Source of the DNA: a bacterium
GTDB lineage: Bacteria > Patescibacteriota > Dojkabacteria > SC72 > WJKH01
Direction: 5' to 3'
Assembly: GCA_029547225.1 (NCBI GenBank)
Contig: JAKPPS010000028.1
Location: forward strand, 12,405 to 76,404
Length of the DNA stretch: 64,000 nucleotides
Part shown: positions 15,369 through 26,053 of the stretch, piece by piece
How positions within the stretch are numbered: the first letter of the stretch is position 1
How the letters are laid out: the number at the start of each line of letters is the position of its first letter
Position numbers and translations under genes: made by a program
The notes under the pieces: generated by a model
Database searches by the model: none
What the model saw: the letters and a program-made list of their open reading frames with translations, nothing else
Told to the model about the DNA's origin: nothing

Positions 15369-16619
15369 ATGCAGATTAAAGAGTTAGAGGACAAAACAGT
15401 TGCCGAATTAAGAGCAATTGCAAAAGATCTTGGTATTACAGATTTCGTCGAAATGCCAAAGAGAGATTTAATTATTGAGATTTTGAAAGTATCTTCACAA
15501 AAAGAAGGTTTTGTTTTTATGGAGGGTATTTTGGAAATCATGAATGATGGTACTCATGGGATCTTGCGAACGGAAGGTGTTTTACCAAGTGATAATGATG
15601 TTTATATTTCAGGTTCACAAATCAAGAAGTTTAATCTGCGTATGGGTGATATTGTTGCAGGACCTGCACGTTTACCAAAAGATAAAGAAAAATATCTTAG
15701 TTTATTGCGAGTTGATACAGTTTACGGAAAACCAGCTGATGAAGCTCTTAAAAGGCCTATGTTTCATAAACTTACTGCAATTTTCCCAAATAAACAGATA
15801 AAATTGGAGACTGATGCAGAGACTCTTTCAACTAGACTTATTGATCTTTTGAGCCCCGTAGGATTTGGACAGAGAGGTATGATCGTATCTCCTCCAAAAG
15901 CCGGTAAAACCTGGTTAATGAAGGATATAGCAAAGGGTGTTGCAGAAAACTATCCTAAAGCAAAACTTATGGTCGTGCTAGTTGGTGAAAGGCCAGAAGA
16001 GGTTACTGACATGAAGCGATTTGTTAAGGGTGAAGTTTTTGCTTCAAATTTTGATGAAATGCCAGAACATAACTGTAGAGTAGCTGAAATGGCACTTGAA
16101 AAAGCTAAGCGAATGGTTGAGTGGGGTGAAGATGTTGTTATACTTATGGATAGTATTACAAGATTAGCTCGTGCTTACAATATTACAATGCCTACTTCAG
16201 GTCGTACATTATCTGGCGGTTTTGATCCAGTTGCTTTGTATCCTCCAAAAAGATTCTTTGGAGCAGCACGAAATTTTGAAGAGGGTGGAAGTCTTACAAT
16301 CATGGCAACTGCATTAGTTGATACTGGTAGCCGTATGGATGATTTAGTGTATGAAGAATTCAAGGGTACTGGTAATATGGAATTACATCTCGATCGTAAA
16401 CTTTCACAAAAAAGAGTATATCCTGCAATCAATGTTACAGAATCAGGTACTCGAAATGAAGAGTTTTTGCTTGGCAAAGATGTTCTTAATCAATCATGGA
16501 GGATTCGTAGAATGCTTGAGGTTTTAAGTGAAAACGAGGAACCAACAGAAGTATTAGTTTCCAGGATGAAGAGGACAAAGAATAATGAGGAGTTTTTAGC
16601 GACATTGCACGAAGCTTAA
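15369..16619 (+). CDS. rho: Transcription termination factor Rho
   Basis: DVYISGSQI RNA-binding motif, PPKAGKT, GERPEEVTD, DSITRLARA, EFKGTGNME. Confidence 0.97.
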   Translation: MQIKELEDKTVAELRAIAKDLGITDFVEMPKRDLIIEILKVSSQKEGFVFMEGILEIMNDGTHGILRTEGVLPSDNDVYISGSQIKKFNLRMGDIVAGPARLPKDKEKYLSLLRVDTVYGKPADEALKRPMFHKLTAIFPNKQIKLETDAETLSTRLIDLLSPVGFGQRGMIVSPPKAGKTWLMKDIAKGVAENYPKAKLMVVLVGERPEEVTDMKRFVKGEVFASNFDEMPEHNCRVAEMALEKAKRMVEWGEDVVILMDSITRLARAYNITMPTSGRTLSGGFDPVALYPPKRFFGAARNFEEGGSLTIMATALVDTGSRMDDLVYEEFKGTGNMELHLDRKLSQKRVYPAINVTESGTRNEEFLLGKDVLNQSWRIRRMLEVLSENEEPTEVLVSRMKRTKNNEEFLATLHEA

Positions 16620-16645
16620 ATATCGTAAATATGGTATAATGCAAT

Positions 16646-18052
16646 ATGCCGATTGAAAATGAAGCTAAAAAAATAATAGGATTCCAAGGTTTTAGGCAGT
16701 TGGTTAAAGATCTGGACATGATTAATAATGAACAAGATGGGCCTGCTTATCTTCTCAATGACTTCAGTAATACTGAGGATCAGAAAAAAAATTCAAAAAA
16801 CCGATTTAAGCCGTTTCTATTTATTTCTCAAAAAAGGCGTGAGTTAAGTACAAAGCTTTCTCCGATTTCATTTATTATCCAGCTTGATAATTATATATAT
16901 GAACGCCTAAGGGTTTTCATTGTCTTATTATCTGTTTTTTCTGAATTTTTAGGTTCGATTGTTGATAGGGTAAAAAGATTTATTATCCGGAAGATGTTTT
17001 GGGGCCGAAGTAATGCTTTCAAATATGTACTAAATATTATCATTATTTTTTTTGTGAGTTTCCTTTTCATTTCTAATTCTTACCGTGTAGATGTAATTGA
17101 AACAGGGCAGGCTTTTGGTTTGAATAATCGTGTATATGCACAAGAAGAACCACTAGTAAGTCACGATATCCTTGTACAAAATACGACAACTAATACTCAA
17201 ACTCCTGTTGATCGCCAAAGCATAGATATCGTAGAATACACTGTTAAGAGTGGTGATACGATGAGTGGAATTGCAAACTTTTTCGGCGTTTCCGAACAAA
17301 CAATCAAATGGGTTAATGACTTGAGTGATGCATATGTTTTGCAACCTGGGCAGGTATTGAAAGTTCCTCCAGTCGACGGCGTTTTAGTTAAAGTAGAGTC
17401 GGGAGATACAATTGAGTCTTTGGCAGATGATTATGAGGGCAATATTCAATCTATTGCTGATTTTAACTGGTTAGACTATCCTTTTACTCTCACAGAGGGT
17501 ACAGAAGTATTTATTCCTAATGGAAAGAAACCTGAACCAGTTGTTCCAGTAGCCTCATATTATTCTGGTGTTGTTACAAGTTCTGCACCTTGGTGGAGTG
17601 CTTCGTATGTTGATCCAAATGTTGGTAGATTTTTAAGTTGGCCTGTAGCAGGTGGTCGAGGTATTATAACCCAATATCCTTGGACTTACCATATTGCTTT
17701 AGATATTGCGGATGGTGGATCTCCAGATCTTGTTGCTGCTGCTCCTGGTACTGTAGTATTTGCAGGTTGTCATTCAGGAAACTGTCCTGCACCAGGTTAT
17801 TCAATTGGTGGTTCTGGAGCGGGTTGGGGTGTCGAGGTAGATCATGGAAATGGTTATACAACATTGTATGCTCATATGAATGCAATCTATGTAACTTCCG
17901 GTCAATATGTTTCTGCCGGACAGCCTCTTGGTCAGATGGGTCGTTCTGGTACGGCGACTGGTATCCATGTTCATTTCGAATTGTGGCAAGGTGCTAAATG
18001 GAATCGTGTTGATCCTTGTTTGTATCTTGGTAATTATGCGTGTGGTTACTAA
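16646..18052 (+). CDS. LysM plus M23 metallopeptidase
   Basis: TM helix, two LysM repeats (YTVKSGDT, VESGDT), HIALD, YAH and HVHFE. Confidence 0.92.
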   Translation: MPIENEAKKIIGFQGFRQLVKDLDMINNEQDGPAYLLNDFSNTEDQKKNSKNRFKPFLFISQKRRELSTKLSPISFIIQLDNYIYERLRVFIVLLSVFSEFLGSIVDRVKRFIIRKMFWGRSNAFKYVLNIIIIFFVSFLFISNSYRVDVIETGQAFGLNNRVYAQEEPLVSHDILVQNTTTNTQTPVDRQSIDIVEYTVKSGDTMSGIANFFGVSEQTIKWVNDLSDAYVLQPGQVLKVPPVDGVLVKVESGDTIESLADDYEGNIQSIADFNWLDYPFTLTEGTEVFIPNGKKPEPVVPVASYYSGVVTSSAPWWSASYVDPNVGRFLSWPVAGGRGIITQYPWTYHIALDIADGGSPDLVAAAPGTVVFAGCHSGNCPAPGYSIGGSGAGWGVEVDHGNGYTTLYAHMNAIYVTSGQYVSAGQPLGQMGRSGTATGIHVHFELWQGAKWNRVDPCLYLGNYACGY

Positions 18053-18128
18053 ATAGATAATTGATATGCTGTACTGAATATCTGTTGCTTATTAGTTGGT
18101 TTTTCTATATATTATTTGTTTATAATAT

Positions 18129-18202
18129 GGGCCTGTAGTTCAGTTTGGTAGAACGCTTCATTCGCATTGAAGAGGTCAGGAGTTCGATTCCCCTCAGGTC
18201 CA
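18129..18202 (+). tRNA. tRNA-Ala(CGC)
   Basis: CTTCA-TT-CGC-AT-TGAAG; G3:U70; no encoded CCA. Confidence 0.93.
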
Positions 18203-18372
18203 GTTCGTAACTTACTCCACATCGTTCGCTTTTGATAAGACATCAAAAGCATCACTGGGTTTCGTAGTTACTCACTTGCCTTCGTAATTTCCTTCGGTCA
18301 TTACTCAGGATTCAATTCATATTCTTACTCCACATCGTTCGCTTTTGATAAGACATCAAAAGCATCACTTGG
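18203..18372 (+). repeat. tRNA-Ala-linked structured repeat, copy A
   Basis: 46-bp exact direct repeat at 18211-18256 and 18324-18369; homologous to 24656-24866. Confidence 0.85.
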
Positions 18373-18523
18373 TTTTGAGCGTTTTATTATGCAAATACTT
18401 GGTTTATCAAATATTCGGGAGGCGATTTATCTACCTAGAGATATGAAAAGGATGATTCCTTAACAAGTTTTCTTGAATATTCGAGCATTTTGATTCGTTA
18501 TCATAAATAATGTAGAATTGTTT

Positions 18524-19153
18524 ATGGGATCAGAAAAAAAGAAAGCAGATAAAAGTGCATTAATCGTTATAGATGTAGTTAATTCTTGCTGTCATTCAGA
18601 TTGTGAGAGAAAGGATTATGGTATTACATTCTCGAAAATCCGAGATATGATACCTCGTTTGAATGATTTTATTGAAGAATTTAGAAATAAAAAAACTGGA
18701 AAGATTATTTTTGTTAACTTGACGCCTTGGACAAAAGATTATTTGCCTCAAAACATCCAAAATCTATATGAAGATCCAACTAAGGAATATTATAATGAGG
18801 GTTCTGAATTTGAACTTGATTTTTATGAGATTAAGCCAAATAAGTCTGATTTGATAGTTACAAAAAATAATTATGATGCCTTTTCTAATCCTGAATTAGA
18901 TAGATACCTAAAATCTAAAGGTATAAATAACCTCGTTATCACAGGTGTTTTTACGGATGGTTGTGTACTTGCAACTGTGTGTGGAGCTTTTAGACTTGGG
19001 TATAATATTACATTAATCACAGATTTAGTCGGAACTACAGACAATAAAACAAGACAAGCATTAAGCGAAAACTTAATAGAATTTACTTTTCCTATAATGT
19101 ATGGGAAAACTGTCGATTCAAAAGATTATCTTGATCAAATCTTGAAAGGGTAG
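18524..19153 (+). CDS. Isochorismatase-family cysteine hydrolase
   Basis: ALIVIDV, KNNYDAF, ITGVFTDGCV; ATG at 18524. Confidence 0.9.
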   Translation: MGSEKKKADKSALIVIDVVNSCCHSDCERKDYGITFSKIRDMIPRLNDFIEEFRNKKTGKIIFVNLTPWTKDYLPQNIQNLYEDPTKEYYNEGSEFELDFYEIKPNKSDLIVTKNNYDAFSNPELDRYLKSKGINNLVITGVFTDGCVLATVCGAFRLGYNITLITDLVGTTDNKTRQALSENLIEFTFPIMYGKTVDSKDYLDQILKG

Positions 19154-19218
19154 TATTTCTGAGCAAATATTGTTGCTCTTTCTGTTACATTCGTCAGCTG
19201 AGTGAATTTCACGATAAG

Positions 19219-20436
19219 TTAACGATGTTGCTCTTCACTAACTGCTCGGGCTTCCTCTAACTTTTGCTTAATTTGACTTAGTAAAGAAATAATACTCGTT
19301 TTGTCATCAAATGGTAGTTCATACCTTTTAGCGAGCTGCAAAACAAATTTTTTTAATTGAGTTCGAGTAATTGCATAATAATCTCCGCTTTCAGACATTA
19401 TAATTATGTATCCACCTTTTGAAGATAAAATTCTTAATTTCTTGTAATTATTAGTTTGGTCTGTTCCCAATGTATCATTATTTATTGCAGTAGTAATTTG
19501 TAATTGATTACCTGTATCAGTTAAAGATGTAATATCTATAGTATCCCCATTTGAAATGCTTTGTAAAACTGCATCTGGTAGAGAAAGAACAAAAATATCA
19601 CCTTTACATTTAACCGTACCATCTATAATTCCGTTTTTTTGTATAGAAAAAGTTTTTAAAGTTTTTTCTGTATCAGGATCAGTAACAGATAATGTAAGAT
19701 TTCCATTTACATCTTGCATTACTTGTGCAGGGAGTAGTTCAGATTCTACCTGAACTCTTATACCGAAAATTTCTGCAACCAGTAATTGAATCTGTCTTCG
19801 TATTGGATATAACTGATCATCAGTGCCTGTAAGGGTGCATAATTGATCTGGGGTTAATTCTCCATGTTCTAAAGCTTTTCTGAGTAAAGAAGCTGTTTGT
19901 TGTCTTAATCTCAATTGTTCTGCGAGTGTACTTAAAGAGTATTCTTCTCTTAGCTCATCAATATCTCCATCTCCCAACTGACTAAGAACATTTATCACTT
20001 GTTGAGCCGCTATGTGAATATCCCGATCATTTACAATTGTTTCTGTATGAGACAAAATATTTGAAAAATCTGAGAGGTATGCTGCTATTGCTGGATTGTT
20101 ACTCAATGTATGAGTTGTCGCATCTACAATTGATTGAGCTATTTCTAATTTATCTGGAGCATTTGTTAAATTGTTATCTGGTTGTCCGTTATCATGAAAT
20201 TGATTATATAATTGAGGAAAAACTACTCCTGTTGCTATAATCATCAAGGCGATTGCAGCAGCGCCTCTTGGCAGTCCTGTTAGTGATATACGCGGATCAA
20301 TTAATACGGGCATTTCATCATTTTTGAAGAAACGATATAACGGAGGTTCTGGATACAATGGTTTTGGGGGGCAATTTCTGGCAATGGTATTAGAAACACG
20401 AGAAGATTGTGGTCTTATTGACATTATTACAGACAA
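19219..20436 (-). CDS. Hypothetical membrane-anchored protein
   Basis: 405-aa ORF with one TM segment; start uncertain. Confidence 0.6.
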   Translation of the reverse strand: MSVIMSIRPQSSRVSNTIARNCPPKPLYPEPPLYRFFKNDEMPVLIDPRISLTGLPRGAAAIALMIIATGVVFPQLYNQFHDNGQPDNNLTNAPDKLEIAQSIVDATTHTLSNNPAIAAYLSDFSNILSHTETIVNDRDIHIAAQQVINVLSQLGDGDIDELREEYSLSTLAEQLRLRQQTASLLRKALEHGELTPDQLCTLTGTDDQLYPIRRQIQLLVAEIFGIRVQVESELLPAQVMQDVNGNLTLSVTDPDTEKTLKTFSIQKNGIIDGTVKCKGDIFVLSLPDAVLQSISNGDTIDITSLTDTGNQLQITTAINNDTLGTDQTNNYKKLRILSSKGGYIIIMSESGDYYAITRTQLKKFVLQLAKRYELPFDDKTSIISLLSQIKQKLEEARAVSEEQHR

Positions 20437-20784
20437 CTCAATTTATCTATAAATCATGGCAGTAAAGGACTGTCCGATAGTATATCATATTGTTGTGTTT
20501 AAATCAAACAATGAAGTATTGGCACAATAATATGAATATCAAGCTCTATAAAACTACTTATACTAAACATATTCAAACAGGAATCTTAATAGAAAAAGCT
20601 TAAATATCAATATAATCTATAATAATATAGTTTCGTCTATACACTGAAAATCTTCCTAATAACTGTTACTTTTTTGATGGATTTTCGTATATAATAGAAA
20701 TAAATAAATTATTAAGATAATTTTATAAAAGAAAGTGTAAAAATTGCGATAATATCAGTTATTGCAACTCTTGCACTTGCAAGT

Positions 20785-21597
20785 TTGATTTTTGCAGTAT
20801 TGTTGAAAACGGGAGTAATTGAGATTAATTCTCAAAGAGCAAGGGATACTGAGAAAACTGTAATTTCAGACAATAATCAAAGTGAAATTACTGAAGGCGA
20901 ACTTGTAAATGGAGTGCTAGTAATGGGTGATGAAGAGGATTTGATTGCCATACAAAATAAAGAATCAGGATATGAAAATAGAACATGTATCAAAGATTAT
21001 GATTTTGAGGATGTAAAATTTCAAGCTCCATGTACTTGGGTACTAGATCAAGAAAATTCTTCAAAAAACGATATTAGATTGAATAATGGTGATTATATTG
21101 TAAGGTTACATGGATTCTTTGGTGTTACCGGTGGCGGTTTTGGACATTTTTTTGATGGAATCTGTGGAGCAGGTATGACAGCTGAGTATTCAAACGTAGT
21201 AAGAGATTATTATCGTTCTGATGAGTATGTTAACTATAATGAAGTAACCGATTGTGACTGTATCAAATTTAATGAAACTGAGACAGGTGTAGATAACTGT
21301 AATTGGAATTATGGTGATCAAGATCTTTGGTTTGGTTCATATTTAGTTAAAACCGATGAAGCTCCGACTCAAGGTAAAATAGGTATTGGAGCGATAAGTC
21401 ATACAGACGTTTTTCCTGAAGAAAATGTTACGTCAAGTCCAGCGTATTTTAGTGTCGAGCTTATAAATAAAAATATTGCAGAAAGAAAATCTAGCGGAGT
21501 ATTTAGAGGAGATGAAGAAATAACTGATAAACAGTCTCAATATAATGCAATTGTGAAAACGGTTGAATTGAAGATCGATACTGATAGAAATAGATAA
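20785..21597 (+). CDS. Hypothetical Cys-rich extracytoplasmic protein
   Basis: 270-aa ORF; frame stays open upstream to 20716, adding a hydrophobic anchor, so the true start may be earlier. Confidence 0.65.
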   Translation: MIFAVLLKTGVIEINSQRARDTEKTVISDNNQSEITEGELVNGVLVMGDEEDLIAIQNKESGYENRTCIKDYDFEDVKFQAPCTWVLDQENSSKNDIRLNNGDYIVRLHGFFGVTGGGFGHFFDGICGAGMTAEYSNVVRDYYRSDEYVNYNEVTDCDCIKFNETETGVDNCNWNYGDQDLWFGSYLVKTDEAPTQGKIGIGAISHTDVFPEENVTSSPAYFSVELINKNIAERKSSGVFRGDEEITDKQSQYNAIVKTVELKIDTDRNR

Positions 21598-21616
21598 ATC
21601 CGATAGATACAGATAA

Positions 21617-22495
21617 ATGAATAATAAGAAGAAAAAAATAGTAATTTATCTTGCGGTGGGGCTTGTATTAGTAGCGTTATTGTTAGTTTCATATAGTTTT
21701 ATTTGTACTAACTCGCTATTTGATACAAGCCTTACTAAATATTGTAAGAGCAATCTCTTTTTTTTTGATTTTTCAGGTAATGACAGTAGAGATTCGGATA
21801 TAGTCGATACTGAAAACGAAAATGATAACAGTAATACTGATTCAGAATCGGTTGATCTTGGAGATAATGAAGAAAATGCACCTGAGACATTGCCGACAAG
21901 TATCATGCTTGATGTCCCAATTATTAAACAGGCTCATCGAGCATCGTGCGAAGTTGCTAGTTTAAGGGCAAGCATGCTTTTTTATGGCATTGATAAGTCA
22001 GAAGAATTCTTACTTGAACAAGTGACTTACGATAGTTCTCCTCGTTACACAGATCAAAATGGAGTTTTACATTGGGGTGATCCTCATAAAGGTTATGTCG
22101 GTAATGTAGATGCTCCTGTAATCTATGTAGATGGATACGGAGTTTACAATGAACCTATCTATAGGGCTCTCGAGCTTAATGGTTTTAGTAAGAGTATCTC
22201 AAAAGTAGGTTGGGATACTGAAGAAATGTATAATTATCTGCGACGATCATATCCCGTAATTGTTTGGATATCTAACGATTATAGTACTAAAGAGATGCAA
22301 TATTGGGTTGCACCCGATGGGACACAGGTTAAATGGTTTGTTGGCGAACATGCTGTTGTTTTGCGTGGTATAGATGAAAACTATGTATATATTATGGATG
22401 TAGGTTATGGTGCAAATAAGCAGGTTCCAATTGCGGATTTTGAGAGAGGATTTGCAAACCTTGGCAATATGGCTATCGTTGTTATCCCAGATTAA
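21617..22495 (+). CDS. C39-like peptidase with N-terminal anchor
   Basis: Q-x4-SCEVASL, HAVVLRG and YIMD fit a Q/C/H/D catalytic set. Confidence 0.85.
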   Translation: MNNKKKKIVIYLAVGLVLVALLLVSYSFICTNSLFDTSLTKYCKSNLFFFDFSGNDSRDSDIVDTENENDNSNTDSESVDLGDNEENAPETLPTSIMLDVPIIKQAHRASCEVASLRASMLFYGIDKSEEFLLEQVTYDSSPRYTDQNGVLHWGDPHKGYVGNVDAPVIYVDGYGVYNEPIYRALELNGFSKSISKVGWDTEEMYNYLRRSYPVIVWISNDYSTKEMQYWVAPDGTQVKWFVGEHAVVLRGIDENYVYIMDVGYGANKQVPIADFERGFANLGNMAIVVIPD

Positions 22496-22716
22496 GCAAT
22501 TTTCAATAAAGGCTCTAAAATATTATCTCGTTATATTTTTTGCAACAGAGTAATATTTCAAATTCTACGATATTGCTGTATAATACCGATAATATTAAGC
22601 ATCTTTCAATAGCTTTGCCTCTTCAGTGGAAATCAATCGAAGCATTTTACGAACGAGAATCGCTTTATTGGCTATATTGGGAAGCTTAAAAATAAGATAA
22701 AATAATAAACAGTTTT

Positions 22717-24417
22717 ATGATAATAAAAGCAACGGGATTAACAAAAGAAATAAGTGGAAAGGTTTTGTATAAACAACTTAATTTCGAAATAAGCAGTCGT
22801 GAGAAGGTTGCGCTAATTGGCCGAAATGGTTGTGGTAAAACAACTCTTTTTAATATCCTCTCTGGAAAGGATAAGGATTTTCATGGTCAGATAGAATATT
22901 CTAAGGATATCCGCATTGTAAAAACAGAACAGGAACACATAGATATAGAAGAATCAGTACTTGAGTACATCTTGGGGCAGGTTCCTGATTATTATTTACT
23001 TAATAAAATAATAAAAGGTCAACCGGATGAGACAACTCATTTATTGAGTAATGGTCAGAGAATCTCATATTTTGAAGCGATTGAGATATTTACTGATCGT
23101 GGTTATTTTCATATTGAGGATAATATAGTTGCGAGTTTAAATTCATTTGGTCTTGCAACAGAACGAGCTTTGGTTTCAATGCAACAACTTTCAGGTGGAG
23201 AAAAGAGGATAGTTGAACTAGTTAAGATTATGTATTCTGGGGCAGATCTTGCATTAATTGATGAGCCAACAAATCACATGGATTATGAGGCAAAAGAAGT
23301 ATTTATTAAATGGTTTAGAAGTACAAAAATTGCATGTGTTGTTATTACTCACGATAGAGATGTTTTACATGAAGTTGGAAAAATATTTGAAATAAAAGAT
23401 GGCGTTGTTATAGCTTACAATGGTAATTATGAATGGTATCTATCACAAAATAGTTTTACTACTGTAACAAAAATCTCAAAATACGAGAATGACCTAATGC
23501 ATGTAAACAAATTGAAAAAGCAGATGAAAGATGTAACTGGTAAAAAGCTTTCTGCTAAATCAAATAAGGGTAGGGAGCGAATGAAAATATTGGAAGAAAG
23601 GCTCAAAAGAGAATATAAAAGCGTGACAAATAACATGGAGAAGCCTTCATTTTGGATTGATGAAGAGAATCTTGAAAGCTTCTCAGAAAAAGTAGTTGAA
23701 ACATACAATAAATATAAAACAGAAGGTATTAAAATTAGCAAAATAAATACTGGTATTAATCGTCAGAAGCTACTGATAAAAGTGACAGATGTTGTTTTGG
23801 GATATACCTTCCCACTTTTCAATCCCATAAATTTCGAATTAATACAAGGCGATGTTATTCGTTTTGTTGGAAAAAATGGTGCAGGTAAAACAACCTTTAT
23901 TAAGTACCTACTTTCTGGAGATTATGATGATGTAATTCTAGATAAAACTAATACAAATAAGGAAAAGTCTAAAGGTGAGATTATAAAATATCAAGGAGAA
24001 ATAAAGGTAAGAGATTCAGTAAAACTTGGTCTTTATGAGCAAGAAGTGAAGTCTTCGTTTTTGCATATGCCATTGGTCAAGGCAGTTGAGACAGTACTGG
24101 TAAATAGTGGTCAGGATCTTAATCCTACTAATGTACGAAAATTCTTTGCTGATTACCTGTTCGATTATTTTACGCATAGTGATGTGAAAGTAGCTAATCT
24201 TTCTGGTGGTGAGAAGGCTAGGTTCCAGATTTTCTCTATGTTGGCTTCAAAACCTGACATTGTGATTCTTGATGAACCGACCAATCACTTAGACTTACCT
24301 TCAATTGAAGAGCTTGAACGATATATGTTTCAATTTACGGGGGCAATTATTTATGTCTCGCATGACACATACTTTGCAAGCAAAATGGGTGGTAAAGTAA
24401 TAAATTTCGAGAAATAG
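22717..24417 (+). CDS. ABC-F family ATPase
   Basis: Two NBDs (GRNGCGKT, GKNGAGKT), LSGGEK twice, DEPTNH twice, no TM segments. Confidence 0.92.
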   Translation: MIIKATGLTKEISGKVLYKQLNFEISSREKVALIGRNGCGKTTLFNILSGKDKDFHGQIEYSKDIRIVKTEQEHIDIEESVLEYILGQVPDYYLLNKIIKGQPDETTHLLSNGQRISYFEAIEIFTDRGYFHIEDNIVASLNSFGLATERALVSMQQLSGGEKRIVELVKIMYSGADLALIDEPTNHMDYEAKEVFIKWFRSTKIACVVITHDRDVLHEVGKIFEIKDGVVIAYNGNYEWYLSQNSFTTVTKISKYENDLMHVNKLKKQMKDVTGKKLSAKSNKGRERMKILEERLKREYKSVTNNMEKPSFWIDEENLESFSEKVVETYNKYKTEGIKISKINTGINRQKLLIKVTDVVLGYTFPLFNPINFELIQGDVIRFVGKNGAGKTTFIKYLLSGDYDDVILDKTNTNKEKSKGEIIKYQGEIKVRDSVKLGLYEQEVKSSFLHMPLVKAVETVLVNSGQDLNPTNVRKFFADYLFDYFTHSDVKVANLSGGEKARFQIFSMLASKPDIVILDEPTNHLDLPSIEELERYMFQFTGAIIYVSHDTYFASKMGGKVINFEK

Positions 24418-24580
24418 TACTTGCTAATATAATTAATAAAGAATAATGCGTGACTGGGTTTGAAATATTTCGAGTTTTTTTTATTTTGTAGCAGGGCACA
24501 AAAAATTGATCTCCTATTCAATTCTCTACAATTATTTGGTATCATCTGATATATTATATAACCATTATTAAGTTTACTGC

Positions 24581-24655
24581 GGGCCTGTAGCTCAGTTTGG
24601 CTAGAGCATTTCACTGGCAGTGAAAGGGTCAAGGGTTCAAGTCCCTTCAGGTCCA
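24581..24655 (+). tRNA. tRNA-Ala(GGC)
   Basis: TTTCA-CT-GGC-AG-TGAAA; G3:U70; no encoded CCA. Confidence 0.95.
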
Positions 24656-24866
24656 GTTCGTAACTTACTTCGCATATCTTCTTCATTTTTTCATTCGAAA
24701 ATCAAGCTAGATTCGTTTATTACCACTGTTCGCTTTTAAGCAAGATCAAAAGCATCACTTGGCTTCGTTAGTTACTCACTTGCCCTCGTAATTCCCTTCG
24801 GTCGTTACTCGGGTCCTATTCAAATACTTACTTCACACAGTTCACTTTTGATGCAAGATCAAAATC
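24656..24866 (+). repeat. tRNA-Ala-linked structured repeat, copy B
   Basis: Shares GTTCGTAACTTACT, GTTCGCTTTT..ATCAAAAGCATCACT, AGTTACTCACTTGCC and CCTTCGGTC with copy A. Confidence 0.85.
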
Positions 24867-24980
24867 ATAATTATTTTTCTTTTTTTATTGAGAAGATAAA
24901 ATATAAATGGTATAATCCGAAGAATTGACAGTAAAAATTATGAGAAAAAACTGTCAAAAATAAATTTATATAGTATAGTA

Positions 24981-25913
24981 ATGGCAGAGACAAATAATAC
25001 AACATCAAAAGCGGCAGCAGCTTTTGCTAAAGTATCAGGAGAAAATAAAGTTGATACAGTAGAGAAAAAAGATTTCTCACAAAGTGTCCAGGAAACTAAA
25101 GATACTTCTCCTAAAACAATTGAAGCAGAAGTTGTAACTCCAAAAACAGAGACAACAGTATCCAGCACAGGTGCAACTCCAAATGCAACAACAAATGGAG
25201 AGAAGAAAAAAGGGTCAAAAGTATGGATTATTGTAATTTTAGTTATAGTATTACTACTTTGCTGTGGTTGTGGATCAATAGCGTTGATATCAAAAGTAGG
25301 TTGGGATGCAATTAAAAACTTCGATCTCTCAAATCCCGACTTTGAGTATTTACTCGATAATTCTTATGATGAGATAATTTTTTCAGATGATTCTAGCGAT
25401 ACAGATACTTCAAATGAATCAGAGACAGATTCAACTTCGAGCGAGGGTTTGACAAAAGTTGAAGGAGATAATTATATCATGTATTTTCCCTCTTCATATC
25501 AAGAATTAGTAGTTGAAGGTACTGAGAAAAACTATGTTTCAAAAGAATTTAATACTTCAGGTGGATTTAACAGTATAAATATGGTTACCATCGATACTGA
25601 TTCGACAAAGATTTTTTCTCAAAGTGATTGTGATGATCTTGCCGATTACTATACACCTGAGTTTGCTGCGACCTTTGAAATTGACGAGGAAGACATCTTT
25701 TCTAATCAAGATTTTGAAACAGTTAATGGAGTAAATATTTGTACTCTAGACTTTTCAATGTATTTTGAATCCAGTACCCTTTATTCAACTCAGAAAGTAC
25801 TTTCTAACAATGAGGATGAGTTGGTTGTCATCTATACAATTTCAAGGGATGATAAATATTCCGATGAAGGTTTACTACTTGAGAACGCACTAGAGCTATC
25901 AACTATCAAGTAA
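24981..25913 (+). CDS. Hypothetical bitopic membrane protein
   Basis: Low-complexity N-terminus, TM ending LLCCGCG, acidic C-terminal domain. Confidence 0.7.
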   Translation: MAETNNTTSKAAAAFAKVSGENKVDTVEKKDFSQSVQETKDTSPKTIEAEVVTPKTETTVSSTGATPNATTNGEKKKGSKVWIIVILVIVLLLCCGCGSIALISKVGWDAIKNFDLSNPDFEYLLDNSYDEIIFSDDSSDTDTSNESETDSTSSEGLTKVEGDNYIMYFPSSYQELVVEGTEKNYVSKEFNTSGGFNSINMVTIDTDSTKIFSQSDCDDLADYYTPEFAATFEIDEEDIFSNQDFETVNGVNICTLDFSMYFESSTLYSTQKVLSNNEDELVVIYTISRDDKYSDEGLLLENALELSTIK

Positions 25914-25939
25914 CTTCTTCGGTGTGGTAATTTGTATTT

Positions 25940-25973
25940 AAATCCCGCCGGGGAAACTCAGGCGGGATTTTTT
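25940..25973 (+). terminator. Intrinsic terminator
   Basis: AAATCCCGCC...GGCGGGATTT followed by a T run. Confidence 0.8.
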
Positions 25974-26053
25974 ATTATTGACGAGTGAAGAATTTATTCG
26001 AAATGTGTAGAATGAGTGAGAAAGAATTTATCATAATTTTATTAAACAGAAAA

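Noticed and set aside
18211..18369. Two 46-bp palindromic repeats as a mini-CRISPR
   Set aside because: Only two units, the linker is conserved at the second locus, and no cas genes are in the window.
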